From Promethearchaeota archaeon (GTDB lineage Archaea; Asgardarchaeota; Lokiarchaeia; Sigyniarchaeales; SOKP01), in the NCBI GenBank assembly GCA_030606485.1, contig JAUWGH010000002.1, forward strand, positions 360,001-392,000: DNA of 32,000 nt. The letters are read 5' to 3'. The notes under the pieces were generated by a model. The model ran no database searches. It was not told the origin of the DNA and saw only the letters and a list, made by a program, of their open reading frames with translations. Shown here piece after piece: positions 27,587-32,000 of the stretch. A program made the translations under genes and the position numbers. Within the stretch, counting starts at the first letter, position 1. Each line of letters opens with the position of its first letter.

Positions 27587-28123
27587 TTAAGGTGTAAAAA
27601 AACCCATTATATCTGGAAGAAAACTTATTAAAATACTAATTGTTAAACCAAAAGAGAAAATTATAACACTTAACATCAAAAATTTTCTAGCTCTATAAGT
27701 TATTTCATAATAATTCTTCTGATATTTTAATAAGGTATTTAATTGTAAATGATAATCGCTCTTAAAATCTTCAGAATTCAAATCTTTAGAAATCTCTTTC
27801 TCATCTCCATTAAATATAGATTTATAAAAACAAATTGGATATTTCTCAATTTTGAACCTCTTTGCTGTACTATTCTTCTTAAGTGATAAATATAAATTAT
27901 ATATCGCAGAAATCATATATAAAATAAAAGAAATAGTCAATACAAAGAAGCCAAGAGAACTTAAAAGAAAATTAAAGATAGCATATAAAATATTATACGT
28001 GGTTATTAATGATAAAGTTAAGTTCATGAAATATCTTGTTTGAGTTCCATATAATCTCACAATTTCATTTGCTCTTTCAATATTGAATTTCCAATCCTCT
28101 ATTAAATCATGATTAATTGACAT
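27587..28123 (-). CDS. 3-TM membrane protein, topology resembling PycTM/DUF5706-type effectors
   Basis: 178 aa; two N-terminal TMs, soluble loop (PICFYKSI..DYHLQLNTLLKYQKNYY), C-terminal TM. Family call is a by-eye resemblance only. Confidence 0.4.
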   Translation of the reverse strand: MSINHDLIEDWKFNIERANEIVRLYGTQTRYFMNLTLSLITTYNILYAIFNFLLSSLGFFVLTISFILYMISAIYNLYLSLKKNSTAKRFKIEKYPICFYKSIFNGDEKEISKDLNSEDFKSDYHLQLNTLLKYQKNYYEITYRARKFLMLSVIIFSFGLTISILISFLPDIMGFFTP

Positions 28124-28277
28124 AAAAATCTAAGGTTTCTTTAATTTTTAAATAAAAATCTATTAAAAATAGACAGATCATTCTTATTATAAATTTTTAT
28201 TATTGGGAAGTTAATAAATAATGAGATTACTTACATTTTTTAAAATCTGGGACTTTATTTTTTTAATATTTTAATAA

Positions 28278-28466
28278 ATCATTAATTTATTGACCTCTTT
28301 TATATTAAGAAAGTGTGCAGATCCATTTGTTGTTGCTCTTGCTAAGGTACATAATCTTATAGTTGTTACGTATGAGAAATCTAAGATACCTCTTGCTTGC
28401 CAGCTAGTAGAGATAGATTGTATTAACTTTATTGAATTTCTAAGAAGAGAAAATCTACAATATTGA
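28278..28466 (+). pseudogene. C-terminal remnant of a DUF4411-type PIN-like gene
   Basis: Not in the ORF track. Frame open from 28278 (TAA at 28275) to TGA at 28464-28466: ..CADPFVVALAKVHNLIVVTYEKSKIPLACQLVEIDCINFIEFLRREN; N-terminal part absent. Confidence 0.65.
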
Positions 28467-28526
28467 TGGGTTTTTCATTATTCCTAAGAATTATTAAATT
28501 TTTATTTTCTAATAAATCACTCAGTT

Positions 28527-29186
28527 TTATACGGGAAATCTTATAAAAAAGTCTTTCAACCCCATAATTAATAATTCTACTTGCTTTTCATTATATCTAT
28601 CATAATGCGCATGTGCTGCATTATTTCTAATATCCAACCAAGCTGTAATTTGTTTTTGTTCTAATTTTGAATAAATGTTTTGTTTATACAAATCTGAATT
28701 CATTTGCTCTGCTTTTTTAGGTTTAAATTGTCCTGATGAAGTTTCTGTTTCAACTTCAATCTCATTTTTCTTACATAATTTCCTTAAATGTTCTTCTAAA
28801 GTACTGCCTGCAATAACCGCAGATGCATCTTTATAACCTTCTTTTAAGATATATTCTGACATTTCTAAAAAGTTAGAAAATAATTCTGCATGTATTAATT
28901 CTGATAAAGTTTTTAAATATCCTGATTTCAGATCATGGTATAAACCATCTAATACTCCCATAACATGTTCTAAAATCGCCTCATCTTTCCATTTTTTCCA
29001 TTTTTCAAGTGTTTCCTGAATCCTATAATAATATTCAGAACTTTTTCCAGTTGTTCTTACAATTACTGCTTTTACTCTTGTAATTAAATTATTAGCTTTT
29101 TTAGGCCCTGGATGACTATTTTTTTCATAATCTTCCAAAATCTCTTTAATTTGGCTAATAAAAAAATTATCTAATTTTTCACTCAT
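28527..29186 (-). CDS. HEPN-domain (DUF4145-like) putative ribonuclease, paralogue 1
   Basis: ELFSNFLEM..GYKDASAVIAGSTLEEHLRKLC..WLDIRNNAAH (RxxxxH motif). Confidence 0.75.
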   Translation of the reverse strand: MSEKLDNFFISQIKEILEDYEKNSHPGPKKANNLITRVKAVIVRTTGKSSEYYYRIQETLEKWKKWKDEAILEHVMGVLDGLYHDLKSGYLKTLSELIHAELFSNFLEMSEYILKEGYKDASAVIAGSTLEEHLRKLCKKNEIEVETETSSGQFKPKKAEQMNSDLYKQNIYSKLEQKQITAWLDIRNNAAHAHYDRYNEKQVELLIMGLKDFFIRFPV

Positions 29187-29403
29187 AATGATCTATATTT
29201 CTTTTATGAATGATTCATTAAAATTTTTTTAAATATCTTCAGTAAATAATGACATAAAGAAAATATCATATTTTCTCTAACTTAGTAAACATTTAAACCA
29301 TTAACAAAAGGATTTATTTGATTTTAATTAATAAATCATTTCAGAGTTATAGATTTTAAACTGATTCGTTCATAAAATATATACAATGTATATACAACCC
29401 TCG

Positions 29404-29500
29404 AATTTTTCCAAGTAATTTAGAAAAATTATTTTCCTCTTCGATCATATCAGTCGAAATTAATCAGAATATTCATACCTCACTAAGAACTCTGATTTAA
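29404..29500. repeat. Copy 2 of the degenerate ~100-bp repeat (core 29466-29492)
   Basis: AGAATATTCATACCTCACTAAGAACTC, directly downstream of the stop of 29503-30171. Confidence 0.75.
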
Positions 29501-29502
29501 TT

Positions 29503-30171
29503 CTATACAGGATATCTTTTGAAAAAATCTCTTAAACCCAAAATTAGTATTTTCACTTGTTCATCATTATATTCATCGTAATGCGCATGTGCTGAATTAT
29601 TTCGAATGTCTAACCAAGCAGTTACTTGTTTTTGTTCCAATTTTGAGTATAAACTCTCTCTAGCTAAATCTGAATTCATTTGATCTGCTTTTTTCGGTCT
29701 AAGATCTCCTGATGATGTTATTATCTCAACATCGATCTCATTTTTCATACATAGTTTTCTTAAATGCTCTTCTAAAGTACTTCCTGCAATAACTGCAGCA
29801 GCATCCTTATAACCTTCTCTTAAAAGGTGTTCTGCCATTTCTAAGAAGTCAGAAAATAATTCTGCATGAATCAATTCTGATAAAGATTTTAAATATCCTG
29901 CTTTTAAATCTTGATGTAAAGCTTCTACTGAACCAATAACAAATTGTAGTTTATGTCCTGGTGAATAACCCCAAAGTTTTAATGCTTCCTCAATCCTCTT
30001 ATAATATTGTGATTTATTTCCTGAAATTCTATCGACTGCAGCTGTTGCTCTAGTAATTAAACCATAAGTTTCTTCCCTATCACCTAATTTTCTACCTAAC
30101 TTTATTTCTTTATATTTTTCTAAAATCTCTTCTAATTGTTTAATAAATATATCCGTTAAATCATTTGGCAT
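29503..30171 (-). CDS. HEPN-domain (DUF4145-like) putative ribonuclease, paralogue 2
   Basis: ELFSDFLEM..GYKDAAAVIAGSTLEEHLRKLC..WLDIRNNSAH (RxxxxH motif). Confidence 0.75.
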   Translation of the reverse strand: MPNDLTDIFIKQLEEILEKYKEIKLGRKLGDREETYGLITRATAAVDRISGNKSQYYKRIEEALKLWGYSPGHKLQFVIGSVEALHQDLKAGYLKSLSELIHAELFSDFLEMAEHLLREGYKDAAAVIAGSTLEEHLRKLCMKNEIDVEIITSSGDLRPKKADQMNSDLARESLYSKLEQKQVTAWLDIRNNSAHAHYDEYNDEQVKILILGLRDFFKRYPV

Positions 30172-30572
30172 TCTTAATTACCTTTATGTTCTCTAGTTTA
30201 ATTTTGTCTTTAAGCATAAAAAATTTTTTATTAATCTCAAATTTTATTAGACTTTATCAATATTATCAATTTTTTTCAATAATATTTTTTCGATCGAAGA
30301 TTTTGACTTAGAGAAAATATGATATAAACTATAATTAATTATTCTCAGGAAGAAAAATCTCTACCGACAAAACGATTTTTGATATGCAATCTATAGTTAA
30401 TACTTAGATATAAAAAATTAAAAAATCATAATACCCCTAAAACTTTTGAGTAAAAATACCAACTATTATTGTGATAGTTGTTATTTTTCAAAATCTAAAC
30501 TCAAAATAATCAAAATAAAACAATTTTAGACAATGTTGGAAAGTTGGTATTATATTGTAAAAAATCTCTCAG

Positions 30573-31301
30573 GTGATTAAAATAGAAGTTTTCACACAAC
30601 AAAATGATTTTAAAACATTCGAAGCCCAAATAATTAGCAATTTATATGAACAAAACCCTGATCTTAAAGAAAAAAAACAGGAACTAAAACTTAAGTTTGC
30701 ATTGTTAGAAGTTCAAATGAATGAACTCATAAAGGTTGCGAAAAAAACTAATATGAAACATGCAAGAATGATTGAGACTCAATTAAATTGCGGTCTCAGG
30801 GTTAGTGAATTAATCCATTTATCAATTAATCAAGTAAATCTTGAGGGAAAGTTTCTAAAAATTGAGAAAAGAGAAAAGAATCTCTATGTTGATGCATTTA
30901 AGCCAAAAACGAAGAATAGCACCAGAATTCTTCCCCTAAGTGACAAAACCATCGACATTCTTAGATAACAAATTGACAAAAAGCGAAATGGATATATATT
31001 TCCATCCAATAAAGGGGTCCATTTCAACAAGTCTTCTGTAATCAGATTTATTAATAAATATGCAAGAGAGAGCAGAACTATAGGATTTAATATTGGATCC
31101 CATTCTTTAAGAAGAACTTTTGCATCATATTTAATTACAGATCCAAAAAGATCACCAGGAGAGGAACAAATCACAATTTCCGATATTTGTAGATTACTTG
31201 GCCATAAAAATATCAAAACCACAATGGAATATCTTTTCAATATTGTTAATTTAGTTGATTTCGAAAAAATAAGAACCTCTATAGATAGAATGCATAATTA
31301 A
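30573..31301 (+). pseudogene. Tyrosine recombinase/integrase interrupted by one in-frame TAA (30966-30968)
   Basis: ORF-track 131 aa (CGLRVSE, KPKTK) continues in frame past TAA: QIDKKRNGYIFPS..GSHSLRRTFA..LLGHKNIKTTMEY..RMHN, TAA at 31299-31301. All R-K-H-R-H-Y catalytic residues are present across the stop. Confidence 0.92.
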
Positions 31302-31330
31302 ATCTGATAATTAAGGAGAATAATCAAAAA

Positions 31331-31540
31331 ATGAAGAAAAAGAAGGAGACACTTGCTGAGAAAAATGTTAAGGTTGCTATAGATATCCTCAAAGAGGCAG
31401 GAGCAGAGTTTAATAAAGAAACAGGAGAATGGGAATTGCCCTCCTCTTCAAAAGAGGGAATCAAAGTGCCCAAGAAATATGAAGGGGATTATTGTGGAGC
31501 AAATTTTGTGAAGAAAGATCGAAAACGCAGAGGATATTAA
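31331..31540 (+). CDS. Small basic hypothetical protein downstream of the integrase
   Basis: 69 aa; AGGAG at 31314-31318 upstream. Confidence 0.6.
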   Translation: MKKKKETLAEKNVKVAIDILKEAGAEFNKETGEWELPSSSKEGIKVPKKYEGDYCGANFVKKDRKRRGY

Positions 31541-31576
31541 AAAAGAAATTATAATATTGCCGACAAAAATATAATT

Positions 31577-32000
31577 ATGTCAAGACAAGAATCGAATAAA
31601 AAATTTCAGATTACAGGTGCTTTTTATATTATCTTTGCAATTATCTTTCTAGTGTCTGGGATCGGTATTTTCGAGAATGCTTTCTTCGATTCAATATATG
31701 TATTTCAATATTTTGGTTATACTCTATTGATATTTGGAGGTTGAGAAGGATTAATTTTAATCTTCATCTCAATTATCACTCTTTTCAGTTTTAAAATCAA
31801 GAGATCATTAATATTTGGGATAATTGGATGTGTTCTGATCGGAATTAATTTCATAATAATCCTAATTGATCATTCTATGCGAATTGCGATTGGATATAGA
31901 GCATTTTTCGTTGCTCCTTTCTATATCACCCTCATAGCATGGATAATTCTCTGCTTCATCAATGGAATTATATATATTCAAAAATCGAGGTTGGAGATCC
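31577..32000 (+). pseudogene. Multi-pass membrane protein gene with in-frame TGA at 31742-31744, running off the window
   Basis: Not in the ORF track. MSRQESNKKFQITGAFYIIFAIIFLVSG..TLLIFGG*EGLILIFISII..AWIILCFINGIIYIQKSRLEI; hydrophobic helices continue in frame after the stop to 32000. Confidence 0.7.

Larger units (their letters stand above)
26710..32000. mobile_element. Probable tRNA-integrated genomic island, right end outside the window
   Basis: att-like tRNA fragment at the left edge, tyrosine recombinase at 30573-31301, abrupt change from metabolic genes to short orphan/defence-type genes, gene remnants and repeat-rich spacers. Confidence 0.7.

Noticed and set aside
27852-31240. ORFs 27852-28043 (+) and 30884-31240 (-)
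   Set aside because: Antisense shadows; the second overlaps the read-through half of the integrase.
26710-31301. Classical integron (IntI, attI, attC) or SSV-type split integrase
   Set aside because: No attC cores seen, the integrase shows no obvious IntI-specific insertion, and the att fragment is 3.8 kb from the integrase rather than inside it.
31742-31744. Selenocysteine at the in-frame TGA
   Set aside because: Context is a hydrophobic membrane segment with no redox motif; any SECIS would be outside the window; a Trp nonsense change is simpler.
1-32000. CRISPR array, rRNA or IS transposase
   Set aside because: No regularly spaced repeat-spacer series, no rRNA-like tract and no transposase motif seen.

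Overview
This is an AT-rich archaeal window, most consistent with an Asgard (Lokiarchaeia-like) genome; that is inferred from gene content, archaeal TATA boxes and a BHB tRNA intron, not from a marker gene. Positions 1-26.6 kb are host chromosome: a run of lipid/amide catabolic enzymes (GH116 glycosidase missed by the ORF track, membrane alpha/beta hydrolase, two acyl-CoA ligases, a neutral-ceramidase-family protein, a CrtI-like flavoprotein with a 2Fe-2S reductase, an HSL esterase, an AcdA-like subunit, two tandem amidases), two orphan PAS histidine kinases, two paralogous VapBC-type modules, and tRNA-Val(GAC) with a 33-nt non-canonical D-arm intron. At 26710-26723 an isolated 14-bp tRNA 3' end marks a probable att site. 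To its right, running off the window, is a probable tRNA-integrated island. It carries two tandem HEPN (RxxxxH) paralogues, a 3-TM putative effector, a DUF4411/PIN remnant, a small membrane gene bracketed by two 25-bp near-palindromes, a ~100-bp internal repeat, and a tyrosine recombinase plus a membrane gene that are each split by one in-frame stop. The island's non-coding architecture is the best candidate for an undescribed system. All family calls come from motif recognition by eye; no database searches were run.
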